Shown: in pieces, positions 1 through 10,444 of the stretch | Position numbering within the stretch: the stretch's first letter is position 1 | How the letters are laid out: every line of letters begins with the position of its first letter | Source: Synechococcus elongatus PCC 6301 | Lineage (GTDB): Bacteria > Cyanobacteriota > Cyanobacteriia > Synechococcales > Synechococcaceae | Assembly (NCBI RefSeq): GCF_000010065.1 | Contig: NC_006576.1 | Span: 1,731,522 to 1,763,521, forward strand | Length of the DNA stretch: 32,000 nt | Direction of reading: 5' to 3' | Notes under the pieces: model-generated | Database searches by the model: none | The model's input: only the letters and a program-made list of their open reading frames with translations | Told to the model about the DNA's origin: nothing | Program-made: the position numbers and the translations under genes

Positions 1-768
<768 letters not shown>

Positions 769-949
769 GCCAGTTGCACTCAAGGCGGTACGGGGATGAT
801 TGTTATCCCCATGGACAGAAAGGGTGACTCTCTAGCTCAGCTCCAATCGTCCTAGAGAACTTGAAGGTTTCTATGGCTTGCCAGCTCTGGCTGCTTCAGT
901 CGAGGTCATTTCGTCTTTAGCCTAGACAGCAGGCCTTTCGATCGCGCTT

Positions 950-2263
950 GTGACTGATTTCAAAATCATTGTTCTGGATGACGATCCTACGGGATCGCAG
1001 ACCGTGCACAGTTGCCCATTGCTGTTGCGCTGGGATGTCGAGACGCTTGTAACTGGACTGCGTCATCCATCGTTGCTCTGTTTCATTCTGGCGAACACAC
1101 GATCGCTCAGCACTGAGGCCGCCGCTGCCCGAACTCGCGAGATCTGCCGCAACTTACAGCAAGCGATCGCTCAGCTCAGGCTCCAGCATTGGCTGATTAT
1201 CAGTCGCGGTGACTCGACTCTGCGCGGTCATTTCTGGACGGAACCCCAAGCGATCGCGGCTGAACTAGGCCCATTTCAAGCGCAATTTCTCGTTCCTGCT
1301 TTTCTGGAGGGTGGCCGGATCACGCGGCAAGGCTGGCACCTCCTGCGAACTCCTAGGGGCGATCGCCCCTTGCATGAAACAGAATTTGCCCAAGATCCGC
1401 TGTTTGGCTATCGCACCAGTTATCTACCCACTTTTCTGGCGACTCAAGCCGAGGATCCCAGTCTGAGCGATCGCATTCCGGTCTTGACTGCCGACAATCT
1501 AGAAACTGCTTTTACAACTGCATCTGCAACGAGCGATCGCTGGTTTGTGGTCGATGCAGAAACCCCTGATCAACTGCAACAGTTTGCCAATCGCCTCAAA
1601 GCCGCAGTTCTCAACCACGGTCACTACCTCTGTCGCAGTGCTGCCAGCCTACTCAGTGCTTTGGCGCAACTGCCGCTGCAACCGATCGCACCCCAGCAAT
1701 TCGGCCAACTCAATCCGCAGCATCGTACTGGTGTTGTGGTTGTTGGCTCTTGGACGACAATCAGCACAGGGCAACTCGAAGCTTTATTGGAACAACCGCA
1801 GGTTGCCGCGATCGCAGTTCCGATTGAGCCATTTGTCGAGTCTGACGGTCGCGATCGCCCCCCGCTCGCGGAGGATCTCGATCGCCAGATTCAGCAAGCT
1901 TTGCAGCAAGGTCAAACGCCTGTGATCTTCACTGAGCGGCAATTTCACGCCTGCGCCAGCCCAGAGCAGCAACAGCAACTGAGTCGAGCGATCGCGGATT
2001 TTCTGGCTGAGCGCGTCTGTGCTTTACCCGCAGAGATTGGCTATCTGATCTGTAAGGGCGGGATCACGACCAACACGATTCTGGCGAACTTGGATGCCGC
2101 GATCGTGGAGTTGCGCGGACAAATTCGGACTGGCGTCAATTTGGTGCAGCTTCCCGCCAGCCATCAAAAATTCCCCAGTCTGCCGATTGTCAGCTTCCCG
2201 GGGAATATTGGCGATCGCCACGATTTGGTGACGATTCAGCAGATTCTCAGTAGCGCTAGTTAA
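950..2263 (+). CDS. DUF1537 / four-carbon acid sugar kinase family protein (OtnK/DenK/YgbK-like)
   Basis: 437-aa ORF with GTG start. N-terminal IIVLDDDPTGSQTVHSCPLLLRW, SRGDSTLRGHFW, and C-terminal CKGGITTNTIL / GNIGD patterns are characteristic of the family. Confidence 0.85.
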   Translation: MTDFKIIVLDDDPTGSQTVHSCPLLLRWDVETLVTGLRHPSLLCFILANTRSLSTEAAAARTREICRNLQQAIAQLRLQHWLIISRGDSTLRGHFWTEPQAIAAELGPFQAQFLVPAFLEGGRITRQGWHLLRTPRGDRPLHETEFAQDPLFGYRTSYLPTFLATQAEDPSLSDRIPVLTADNLETAFTTASATSDRWFVVDAETPDQLQQFANRLKAAVLNHGHYLCRSAASLLSALAQLPLQPIAPQQFGQLNPQHRTGVVVVGSWTTISTGQLEALLEQPQVAAIAVPIEPFVESDGRDRPPLAEDLDRQIQQALQQGQTPVIFTERQFHACASPEQQQQLSRAIADFLAERVCALPAEIGYLICKGGITTNTILANLDAAIVELRGQIRTGVNLVQLPASHQKFPSLPIVSFPGNIGDRHDLVTIQQILSSAS

Positions 2264-3324
2264 GCCAAGGACGGGACTAAGCCGCGCTGGGCTCGGGCTA
2301 GCTCCCGCAGCATTTTCTCTGTGGTCGGAAAGTCGACGCAGGGATCGGTGATGCTTTGGCCGTAGCGCAACTCTGACAAGTCGGCTGGGATGGGTTGATT
2401 GCCTTCAACCAGGTGGCTTTCAATCATCACGCCCATCAGGTGACGCGATCCCTCAGCAACCTGTTCGGCCAGATCTGAGAGCACCACTGACTGACGGCGA
2501 TAGTCCTTGTTGGAGTTGCCGTGGCTGCAGTCCACCATCACTCGTGCATGGAGGCCCATGCTAGCCAGTTGATAGGCTGCTTCTTCAATGTCCGCTGCTG
2601 CGTAATTTGGACCTTTGCTGCCGCCGCGCAGCACTAAATGACCGTCTGGATTGCCGGTGGTCGAGACAATGCTGGCCAGACCGTCATGGTTAATTCCCAG
2701 GAAATGGTGGGGCTGGCTGGCGGAAAGCATGGCATTGGCTGCGATATGGAAGCTACCATCGGTGCCATTTTTGAAGCCGATCGGCATCGACAGGCCCGAA
2801 GCCATTTCGCGGTGAGTTTGACTTTCGGTGGTTCGCGCCCCAATCGCCGTCCAAGCAATTACATCAGCGATGTACTGCGGAATAATCGGGTCGAGCAGTT
2901 CTGTCGCGGCGGGCAAGCCCATATCTGCCAAACCGAGCAATAACTTGCGAGCCCGCTGGATGCCGGTATTGATGTCGTAGCTGCCGTCGAGGTGGGGATC
3001 GTTGATCAATCCTTTCCAGCCGACCGTCGTGCGGGGCTTTTCAAAGTAGACCCGCATCACGATTTCAAGTTCATCCGCCAGCTCTTCGCGCAGTGGCAAG
3101 AGCTTTTGGCCGTAGTCGTAAGCTGCGTTGACGTCGTGAATGGAGCAGGGCCCGACAATCACCAACAGGCGGCGATCGCTATTGCGCAAAATGCTACGAA
3201 CGCGATCGCGGGTAGAAGCCACCAAGTCTGCTGCTGTCTCGGAAAGGGGCAGCTTCTGGTGAATTTCCGCAGGACTGATCAAGGAACGCGTCTCGACGAC
3301 GTGGAGATCGGAAGTCTGTTTCAT
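2260..3324 (-). CDS. 3-deoxy-7-phosphoheptulonate (DAHP) synthase, type I (AroF/G/H family)
   Basis: Contains VGPCSIHD, MRVYFEKPRTTVGWKGLINDPHLDGSYDIN, AIGARTTESQTHREMASGLSMPIGFKNGTDG, VMVDCSHGNSNKDY. Likely start is the internal Met (MKQTSDLHVV); the provided ORF extends to 3360. Confidence 0.93.
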   Translation of the reverse strand: MKQTSDLHVVETRSLISPAEIHQKLPLSETAADLVASTRDRVRSILRNSDRRLLVIVGPCSIHDVNAAYDYGQKLLPLREELADELEIVMRVYFEKPRTTVGWKGLINDPHLDGSYDINTGIQRARKLLLGLADMGLPAATELLDPIIPQYIADVIAWTAIGARTTESQTHREMASGLSMPIGFKNGTDGSFHIAANAMLSASQPHHFLGINHDGLASIVSTTGNPDGHLVLRGGSKGPNYAAADIEEAAYQLASMGLHARVMVDCSHGNSNKDYRRQSVVLSDLAEQVAEGSRHLMGVMIESHLVEGNQPIPADLSELRYGQSITDPCVDFPTTEKMLRELARAQRGLVPSLA

Positions 3325-3546
3325 GGGCGGCTGAGAAAGCAAGCGCTGCGGCCGCCGCAACGCCTTCCCATATTAGCGCCGCCGATCGAGGCATCGGGAT
3401 CCTCCTGCAGAAACGTGACTGAGCTTAAACAACTGGCGATCGCTTAAGCATGGCCCGAAGACTGCAAAACATTAAGGGCGGAGCGGCTTTTATTGATCGC
3501 CCGCAACCCTTGGTGCTTAATAGGGGCGTATTCGGCTGGATCACGA

Positions 3547-4167
3547 ATGATCAGCGTCTATTGGTTTTGCTTTTTATTCGGTGGCATTTTTGTGGCACTT
3601 GCCGCTGTCGGAGGGCTGGACCACGATTTCGGTCATGACTTCGACTCTGACTTTGACCACAGTTTTGACGCTGAAGCAGCGGTTGAGCCCGATGTAGCCG
3701 CTGATGTCGATCTGCCAGAGCCTCCAAGTTCAGGGCGGCGGCTGTGGTTGCCGATTACCAGCTTTAAGTTTTGGACCTTTGGCCTTTGTTTCTTTGGCAT
3801 GACGGGTCTGCTGCTGGGCTGGCTCAATCCGAACTTGCCGGGCTCTCTGCAGTTGGGCCTTGCGATCGCGATGGGTCTGCTGCTGGGTACGGGCATGGCT
3901 GGTCTGCTGCGGCAGTTGCGCAATCGCCAGGTCGATAGTCTGGTGCGGAGTACGGATCTGGTTGGTGCCCGCGGCATCGTTGTCTTGCCTTTCAATGCCC
4001 AAAGCCGCGGCAAGGTGCAGCTGGAAGTCAAAAACAGTGTGATTGAGCTCAGTGCTTGTACCGATTCGCCCTTGGATTTTCAGCGGGGCGATGAAGTGGT
4101 GGTGCTGCGATCGGAAGGGCAACGACTGTGGGTGATTGGTCGCACGGAATTAGATCTGCAACCTTGA
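3547..4167 (+). CDS. NfeD-like / OB-fold membrane protein
   Basis: ORF 3493..4167, likely start Met19 at 3547. Has hydrophobic segments, an Asp/His-rich loop (DHDFGHDFDSDFDHSFDAE), and a C-terminal beta-rich domain (LVGARGIVVLPFNAQSRGKVQLEV...GDEVVVLRSEGQRLWVIG). Sits directly upstream of two flotillin-like genes. Confidence 0.7.
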   Translation: MISVYWFCFLFGGIFVALAAVGGLDHDFGHDFDSDFDHSFDAEAAVEPDVAADVDLPEPPSSGRRLWLPITSFKFWTFGLCFFGMTGLLLGWLNPNLPGSLQLGLAIAMGLLLGTGMAGLLRQLRNRQVDSLVRSTDLVGARGIVVLPFNAQSRGKVQLEVKNSVIELSACTDSPLDFQRGDEVVVLRSEGQRLWVIGRTELDLQP

Positions 4168-4207
4168 ACCGCTGCTGTCTGAGAGCTTGTTTCCTAGGAG
4201 AGTCTGT

Positions 4208-5548
4208 ATGTCCCTGCTCCCGCAATATTCCCCGCTGGTGCTAGCGCAATTTGAATCTCAGCCGTCCAGCCGTAATACCGGACAAGAAAGTGACTGGGTG
4301 GGCGGCACCCTCGGCTTTGGGATTGTTGGATTCCTTGTCCTGTTTGTCATCCTCAAATCCTGCCTGCGCATTTGTAACCCCAACGAAATTCTGATTGTGT
4401 CGGGGCGAAAGCATCGCAATCCCAAAGGGGAGATGGTGGGCTACCGTGTGCTGTTTGGTGGACGGACGCTGACGATCCCGGTGATCGAAACTGTCAAGCG
4501 CATGGACGTGACTACGATGCCCGTACCGGTTGAGGTGACTAATGCCTACGCCAAGGGCGGCACACCGATCAATATCCAAGCGATCGCCAACGTCAAAGTT
4601 TCAACGGATCCCCGCTTGGTCGGCAATGCGATCGAACGCTTCCTCGATCGCAATCGCTCTGAAATTGCCCGCGTCGCCCGCGAAACCCTAGAGGGCAACT
4701 TACGAGGGGTGGTCGCGACCCTCACTCCTGAAGAGGTCAATGAAGACCGGCTGCGGTTCGCGGAACGGATTGCTGAGGATGTCAGCCACGATCTCTCGAA
4801 ATTAGGGCTGCGGTTGGACACGCTCAAAATTCAAAGTGTGGCCGACGATGTGGACTACCTCAAGTCAATTGGTCGTCGTCGCATTGCCCAGATCACTCGC
4901 GATGCAGAGATTGCTGAGGCCGAAGCCCTAGGGGAAGCCGATCGCCGCGAGGCCGATGCCCAGCAGCAGGCAGAAGTTGCTCGCGCCCAGGCGGCAACGG
5001 TGGTGCAGCAGCGCCAGAACGAACTGCGCAAAATCAAGGCGCAACTCGATCAGCAAGTCCGCTCCGAGGAAGAACGGACAACCGCCGCCGCTAAGGAAGC
5101 TCGTGCTCGGGCGGAGCAGCGCCTCCAATCGCTACGGGCGGAGCTCGAAAAACTCCGGCTAGAAGCCGATGAGGTCTTACCTGCCGAAGCTCAACGGGTG
5201 GCCAAGACCCTGCAAGCCCGCGGTAGTGCGGCGGTGCTGGCTGAGAATGCCAAAGCGGCTGCAGAAGTGAGCGATCGCCTCAGTCAAGTCTGGCGATCAG
5301 CAGGCCCCGAAGCGGCGGAACTCTTCTTGATTCAACAGATTGAAATGGTGCTGCGAGAAGCGGCGCAAATTCCCGGACGGCTGCACCTCCACAAGGTTCG
5401 GGTCGTCGATGGCGGCGATGGCCAAGCCCTAGCCCGCTTGATTAATGCCTATCCAGAAATTGTCCAGCAGTTCCTACAGAGGGTGGACTCCACCTTGGGG
5501 CTGGATGTGATCGGAACCCTGAGCCGTCGTCCTGGAGGTGAAGTCTAA
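4208..5548 (+). CDS. SPFH/flotillin-family protein (paralogue 1)
   Basis: ORF 4187..5548, likely start MSLLPQYSP at 4208. N-terminal TM, CNPNEILIVSGRKHRNPKGEMVGYRVLFGGRTLTIPVIE, IQAIANVKVSTDPRLVGNAIERFL, then a long Ala/Glu-rich coiled coil. Confidence 0.9.
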   Translation: MSLLPQYSPLVLAQFESQPSSRNTGQESDWVGGTLGFGIVGFLVLFVILKSCLRICNPNEILIVSGRKHRNPKGEMVGYRVLFGGRTLTIPVIETVKRMDVTTMPVPVEVTNAYAKGGTPINIQAIANVKVSTDPRLVGNAIERFLDRNRSEIARVARETLEGNLRGVVATLTPEEVNEDRLRFAERIAEDVSHDLSKLGLRLDTLKIQSVADDVDYLKSIGRRRIAQITRDAEIAEAEALGEADRREADAQQQAEVARAQAATVVQQRQNELRKIKAQLDQQVRSEEERTTAAAKEARARAEQRLQSLRAELEKLRLEADEVLPAEAQRVAKTLQARGSAAVLAENAKAAAEVSDRLSQVWRSAGPEAAELFLIQQIEMVLREAAQIPGRLHLHKVRVVDGGDGQALARLINAYPEIVQQFLQRVDSTLGLDVIGTLSRRPGGEV

Positions 5549-6792
5549 TGTTTGAAACGATTTTTGCGCTGCTGATTGTTCTAGGCGCTGGCGCCGGGGC
5601 TGGCAGCTTAGTCCTGCGCAATCTCTACTACATCTGCCAACCCAGTGAAATTTTGATCTTTGCTGGCAGTAGTCGCCGCAGTAGTGATGGCCGCCGAGTT
5701 GGCTATCGCTTGGTCAAGGGCGGCAGCAGCCTGCGGGTACCTCTGCTGGAAAAAGCGCTCCGCATGGATCTGACCAACATGATCATTGAGTTGCGCGTTT
5801 CCAATGCCTTCTCCAAGGGCGGCATTCCCCTGACTGTTGAAGGCGTTGCCAATATCAAGATTGCTGGGGAAGAACCGACCATCCACAACGCGATCGAGCG
5901 GCTGCTTGGCAAAAACCGTAAGGAAATCGAGCAAATTGCCAAGGAGACCCTCGAAGGCAACTTGCGTGGTGTTTTAGCCAGCCTCACGCCGGAGCAGATC
6001 AACGAGGACAAAATTGCCTTTGCCAAAAGTCTGCTGGAAGAGGCGGAGGATGACCTTGAGCAGCTGGGTCTAGTCCTCGATACGCTGCAAGTCCAGAACA
6101 TTTCCGATGAGGTCGGTTATCTCTCGGCTAGTGGACGCAAGCAGCGGGCTGATCTGCAGCGAGATGCCCGAATTGCTGAAGCCGATGCCCAGGCTGCCTC
6201 TGCGATCCAAACGGCCGAAAATGACAAGATCACGGCCCTGCGTCGGATCGATCGCGATGTAGCGATCGCCCAAGCCGAGGCCGAGCGCCGGATTCAGGAT
6301 GCGTTGACGCGGCGCGAAGCGGTGGTGGCCGAAGCTGAAGCGGACATTGCTACCGAAGTCGCTCGTAGCCAAGCAGAACTCCCTGTGCAGCAGGAGCGGA
6401 TCAAACAGGTGCAGCAGCAACTTCAAGCCGATGTGATCGCCCCAGCTGAGGCAGCTTGTAAACGGGCGATCGCGGAAGCGCGGGGGGCCGCCGCCCGTAT
6501 CGTCGAAGATGGAAAAGCTCAAGCGGAAGGGACCCAACGGCTGGCGGAGGCTTGGCAGACCGCTGGTGCTAATGCCCGCGACATCTTCCTGCTCCAGAAG
6601 CTCGAGTCCCTGCTCGTCACGCTTTCAGGCACCGTGCCAGATATCGACGTGGAGTCGATCACTGTGATTGGCGAAGGGGAAGGCAGCGCTACCCAAATCG
6701 CTAGCTTGCTGGAGAAGCTGAAACAAACCACGGGCATTGATCTGGCGAAATCCCTACCGGGTCAATCCGACTCGCCCGCTGCGAAGTCCTAA
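5548..6792 (+). CDS. SPFH/flotillin-family protein (paralogue 2)
   Basis: CQPSEILIFAGSSRRSSDGRRVGYRLVKGGSSLRVPLLE, VEGVANIKIAGEEPTIHNAIERLLGKN, coiled-coil C-terminus. TAATG overlap with the upstream paralogue, SD GGAGG upstream. Confidence 0.9.
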   Translation: MFETIFALLIVLGAGAGAGSLVLRNLYYICQPSEILIFAGSSRRSSDGRRVGYRLVKGGSSLRVPLLEKALRMDLTNMIIELRVSNAFSKGGIPLTVEGVANIKIAGEEPTIHNAIERLLGKNRKEIEQIAKETLEGNLRGVLASLTPEQINEDKIAFAKSLLEEAEDDLEQLGLVLDTLQVQNISDEVGYLSASGRKQRADLQRDARIAEADAQAASAIQTAENDKITALRRIDRDVAIAQAEAERRIQDALTRREAVVAEAEADIATEVARSQAELPVQQERIKQVQQQLQADVIAPAEAACKRAIAEARGAAARIVEDGKAQAEGTQRLAEAWQTAGANARDIFLLQKLESLLVTLSGTVPDIDVESITVIGEGEGSATQIASLLEKLKQTTGIDLAKSLPGQSDSPAAKS

Positions 6793-6891
6793 GAGATAGC
6801 GATGTGACCGCGATCGCTTGTCAAGAATCCCAGTGATCCCGAACCATAGGAAGGCAAGCTCAATGCTTGCCTCGTCTTGAGGACTATCTAG

Positions 6892-7347
6892 ATGTCTGTG
6901 GAACGCACATTTATTGCCATCAAGCCCGATGGCGTTCAGCGGGGTTTGGTCGGTACGATCATCGGCCGCTTTGAGCAAAAAGGCTTCAAACTGGTGGGCC
7001 TAAAGCAGCTGAAGCCCAGTCGCGAGCTGGCCGAACAGCACTATGCTGTCCACCGCGAGCGCCCCTTCTTCAATGGCCTCGTCGAGTTCATCACCTCTGG
7101 GCCGATCGTGGCGATCGTCTTGGAAGGCGAAGGCGTTGTGGCGGCTGCTCGCAAGTTGATCGGCGCTACCAATCCGCTGACGGCAGAACCGGGCACCATC
7201 CGTGGTGATTTTGGTGTCAATATTGGCCGCAACATCATCCATGGCTCGGATGCAATCGAAACAGCACAACAGGAAATTGCTCTCTGGTTTAGCCCAGCAG
7301 AGCTAAGTGATTGGACCCCCACGATTCAACCCTGGCTGTACGAATAA
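6892..7347 (+). CDS. ndk: Nucleoside diphosphate kinase
   Basis: [90 protein letters not shown]: canonical NDK with active-site His in NIIHGSD. Confidence 0.98.
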   Translation: MSVERTFIAIKPDGVQRGLVGTIIGRFEQKGFKLVGLKQLKPSRELAEQHYAVHRERPFFNGLVEFITSGPIVAIVLEGEGVVAAARKLIGATNPLTAEPGTIRGDFGVNIGRNIIHGSDAIETAQQEIALWFSPAELSDWTPTIQPWLYE

Positions 7348-7376
7348 GGTCTGCATTCCTTCAGAGAGACATTGCC

Positions 7377-8576
7377 ATGCCCGTGCTGCGATCGCCCTTC
7401 CAAGCTGCCTTGCCCCGCTGTTTCGGGCTGGCAGCCCTGGCGTTGGGGCTGGCGACCGCTTGCCAAGAAAGCAGCGCTCCGCCGGCTGCCGGATCCCAGC
7501 CCTTGGGCTTGGCGATCGCTCAAACCGGCAATGCCTCTCTGTTTGGTCAGGAACAGTTGGCGGGTCTTCAGATTGCCAAAGCAGTCTTTGAACGACCTGC
7601 TACTGGTGTTCCGATTGACTTTCGCTTGCAGGACAGTGGCAGTGATGAAGCCAGTGCAATCAATGCCTTCCAGACGTTGATCAACGTCAATGAAGTGGTC
7701 GCGATCATTGGTCCGACCCTGTCGCAGCAAGCCTTTGGAGCCGATCCAATCGCTGAACGCGCCGGTGTGCCTGTCCTAGCCGCCTCGAATACCGCCAAGG
7801 GAATTCCAGAACTCGGCCAATTTATCGTCCGCCTCTCGGCTCCGGCCGCCGTCGTTGCGCCCCAAGCGATCGCGGCAGCCCGCAAGCTCAATCCTCAAGC
7901 GCAACGGGTGGTGGTTGTCTACGCCCAAGATGATGCTTACTCGCGCTCGGAGACAGAAGTTTTTCAAAAAGCGGTCAAAGACGCTGGCTTGAATCTGACG
8001 CTGGTGCAGCGCTACCAAGTCAGTGACAGCGACTTTCAAGGCTTGATCAGTCAAGCACTCCAGCAGAAGCCCGATATCATCGTGCTCTCGTCGCTAGCAG
8101 CCGATGGTGGCAACCTCGTGCGGCAACTGCGAGAGCTAGGCTATGGCGGTCTGATCGTCGGCGGCAACGGCTTCAATACGCCGAATGTGTTCCCCGTCTG
8201 CCAGCAGCGCTGCGACGGTATCATCGTCGCCCAAACCTACAGTCCCAACTTCGATAGCCCCGTCAACAAGGACTTTCGCCAGCGATACGAGGCCCAGTTT
8301 GGTAAACAGCCCTCGCAGTTTAGTGCCCAGATTTTTTCAGCAGTACAGGTGATTGCAGAATCACTGAACCGCGTCAACCAAAAGCAACCGGTGGTAGACC
8401 TTCCCCTACCGGAGCGCCGTAAAGCTTTGCTGCAAGCGATGCTGACGGGCACCTATGACACGCCGTTAGGGCGTCTCTCGTTTACACCTGGCGGTGAAGT
8501 CAACCAAGAGCAGTTCTACGTGGCGCGGATTCGCATGAAGCCCGACGGTCAAGGCGACTTTGAGTTGTTGCCCTAA
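7377..8576 (+). CDS. Branched-chain/neutral amino-acid ABC transporter substrate-binding lipoprotein (LivK/NatB-like)
   Basis: Start MPVLRSPFQ at 7377; lipoprotein-like N-terminus ending near LATAC. Periplasmic-binding fold features (LAIAQTGNASLFGQEQLAGLQIAKA, EVVAIIGPTLSQQAFGADPIAERAGVPVLAASNTA). Followed by LivH/M/G/F-type genes. Confidence 0.9.
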   Translation: MPVLRSPFQAALPRCFGLAALALGLATACQESSAPPAAGSQPLGLAIAQTGNASLFGQEQLAGLQIAKAVFERPATGVPIDFRLQDSGSDEASAINAFQTLINVNEVVAIIGPTLSQQAFGADPIAERAGVPVLAASNTAKGIPELGQFIVRLSAPAAVVAPQAIAAARKLNPQAQRVVVVYAQDDAYSRSETEVFQKAVKDAGLNLTLVQRYQVSDSDFQGLISQALQQKPDIIVLSSLAADGGNLVRQLRELGYGGLIVGGNGFNTPNVFPVCQQRCDGIIVAQTYSPNFDSPVNKDFRQRYEAQFGKQPSQFSAQIFSAVQVIAESLNRVNQKQPVVDLPLPERRKALLQAMLTGTYDTPLGRLSFTPGGEVNQEQFYVARIRMKPDGQGDFELLP

Positions 8577-9517
8577 TGGATTGGTTGCAACCGCTGATCA
8601 ATGGTCTGGCCATCGGGGGCGTCTATGCCCTGTTTGCCTTGGGGTATACCTTGGTCTTTTCGATCCTGGGGGTCATTAACTTTGCCCATGGTGCCGTTTT
8701 TACCCTCGGTGCCTACCTGACTTACGCTCTAGTGGGTGGGCGTTTCAGCTTCAACGGGTTGCTCGCCAATGCCGCGCTGCCCTTCAGTTTGCCGTTCGCC
8801 TTGGCTCTGCTGCTCGGCAGTTTGCTGGCCGGCGGTGCCAGCCTCTTGATTGAGCAAGTGGCCTTTCGTCCCCTGCGCCGCCGCCAAGCGGATCCCCTCC
8901 TAACCCTGATCTCCAGCCTTGGCGTGGCGGTGTTTATCGTCAATTTGATTCAAATCTTGGTGGGAGCCGAGATTTACACCTTCCCAAGCAACATCTACGG
9001 CGACCTACCCAGTGCCATCAACTTAGGCAGCAGCGATCGCCCGATCCAGATCCGCACGGTGCAAATCATCCTGTTTGTCGTGGCGATCGCGATGTTCAGT
9101 CTGCTGACTTGGCTGATCAACGGCACCCGCGTTGGCCATGCCCTGAAAGCTGTTGCCGAAGATGCCACCACCGCTAGCCTGCTGGGCATCGATCCCGATC
9201 GCTACATCCGGCTGACCTTCTTCCTGAGTGGCGTCCTTGGTGGTTTGGCGGGCACCTTGGTCGGTACCAGTGTCAGTATCACCGGCCCCTATTTCGGGAT
9301 TGCCTACGGGCTGAAAGGCCTGAGTGTGATGGTCTTAGGTGGACTCGGCAATATTCCCGGCACGATTGCGGGCGGCTTGTTGTTGGGTCTGGCGGAAGCT
9401 TGGGTGCCGCCACAATGGTCGGGCTATCGCGATGCCGTTGCCTTTGCGCTGCTATTTGCCATGCTCTTGATCCGTCCCCAGGGCTTGTTTAGTCGTGCTC
9501 GGACAGAGAAGGTGTAG
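8576..9517 (+). CDS. Branched-chain amino-acid ABC transporter permease, LivH-type (NatD-like)
   Basis: LINGLAIGGVYALFALGYTLVFSILGVINFAHGAVFTLGAY, VGHALKAVAEDATTASLLGID, LGGLGNIPGTIAGGLLLGLAE. TAATG overlap with upstream gene. Confidence 0.93.
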   Translation: MDWLQPLINGLAIGGVYALFALGYTLVFSILGVINFAHGAVFTLGAYLTYALVGGRFSFNGLLANAALPFSLPFALALLLGSLLAGGASLLIEQVAFRPLRRRQADPLLTLISSLGVAVFIVNLIQILVGAEIYTFPSNIYGDLPSAINLGSSDRPIQIRTVQIILFVVAIAMFSLLTWLINGTRVGHALKAVAEDATTASLLGIDPDRYIRLTFFLSGVLGGLAGTLVGTSVSITGPYFGIAYGLKGLSVMVLGGLGNIPGTIAGGLLLGLAEAWVPPQWSGYRDAVAFALLFAMLLIRPQGLFSRARTEKV

Positions 9518-9520
9518 AGC

Positions 9521-10444
9521 ATGGGCAATGTGGTCGCCACCTACGGGTTTCTGTTGGTTTCGATGCTGCTGGGCGCGACGCTGGGTCTGTCAGTCTATCT
9601 GCCGCTGATGGCAGGACAACTATCCTTGGCATCGCCCGCTTTCTATGCTCTGGGCGGCTATCTGGCGGCCATCCTCTCGACGAAAGGTCTGACTGCCAGC
9701 CCTGAATACAGTGTTGGGGCTTTGCTGCTAGAGATGGGTCTTGCAGCGATCGCGGCGGCGGTTCTCGCCTTTCTGGTCGGCTATCCGGTGCTGCGGCTGC
9801 GCGGCATTTATCTGGCAATCGCCACGATCGCGCTCGTGGAAATTGTGCGGGTTGTCGCACTGAATCTCTCGATCACGGGCGGTGCCGTCGGCATTTTTGG
9901 GATTCCCCAGCCCTTTAGCTCGGCGGTTGGCTACCTCTGGATTGCCTTGCCGCTGCTGCTGATCGCAGTTGCTGCCTGCTGGCGCCTGCAACAGGTGCGG
10001 ACTGGCCTAGTGCTGGCCGCAATCCGTGAAGATGAACTCGCAGCCAGTGCGATCGCGGTCAACACAACCCGCTACAAGGTGCTGGCCTTTGTGCTGGGGG
10101 CGGTTCTGGCCAGCCTTGTCGGAGCGGTTAGCGCCCACTTCCTCAATACCTGGAACCCGCGCCAAGGCACCTTTGATGCCAGCATCACCTTTCTGGCCTT
10201 TGTGCTGATCGGCGGATCGCGCAGTGCCTTTGGCCCTGTGTTGGGCGGGATGGTGCTGACTGCCTTGCCAGAACTATTGCGGGCGATCGGTTCGGTGCCG
10301 GGCTTGTGGCCGGGACTGAGTCGCCTCTTGCAGGACGGTCGCCTGTTGATTTTTGGGCTGCTGCTGGTCTTGGGCAGCATCTATTTCCCGCAGGGATTGA
10401 TCAAGCCCCGCGCCAGCCAGCCACGCCGACGGAGGACCTCATGA
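9521..10444 (+). CDS. Branched-chain amino-acid ABC transporter permease, LivM-type (NatC-like)
   Basis: SLASPAFYALGGYLAAIL, LRLRGIYLAIATIALVEIVRV, GLVLAAIREDELAASAIAVNTTRYKVLAFVLGA, FVLIGGSRSAFGPVLGG. Confidence 0.93.
   Translation: MGNVVATYGFLLVSMLLGATLGLSVYLPLMAGQLSLASPAFYALGGYLAAILSTKGLTASPEYSVGALLLEMGLAAIAAAVLAFLVGYPVLRLRGIYLAIATIALVEIVRVVALNLSITGGAVGIFGIPQPFSSAVGYLWIALPLLLIAVAACWRLQQVRTGLVLAAIREDELAASAIAVNTTRYKVLAFVLGAVLASLVGAVSAHFLNTWNPRQGTFDASITFLAFVLIGGSRSAFGPVLGGMVLTALPELLRAIGSVPGLWPGLSRLLQDGRLLIFGLLLVLGSIYFPQGLIKPRASQPRRRRTS

Noticed and set aside
792-810. Small inverted repeat GGGGAT-gattgtt-ATCCCC after the por gene
   Set aside because: A 6-bp stem with no T-tract; could be a weak terminator, but too little support to call as a feature.
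6070-6537. 155-aa minus-strand ORF, and similar antisense ORFs at 4241..4579, 5608..5934, 7326..7730
   Set aside because: Antisense shadows of flotillin, ndk and SBP genes; high-GC third positions generate long spurious frames.
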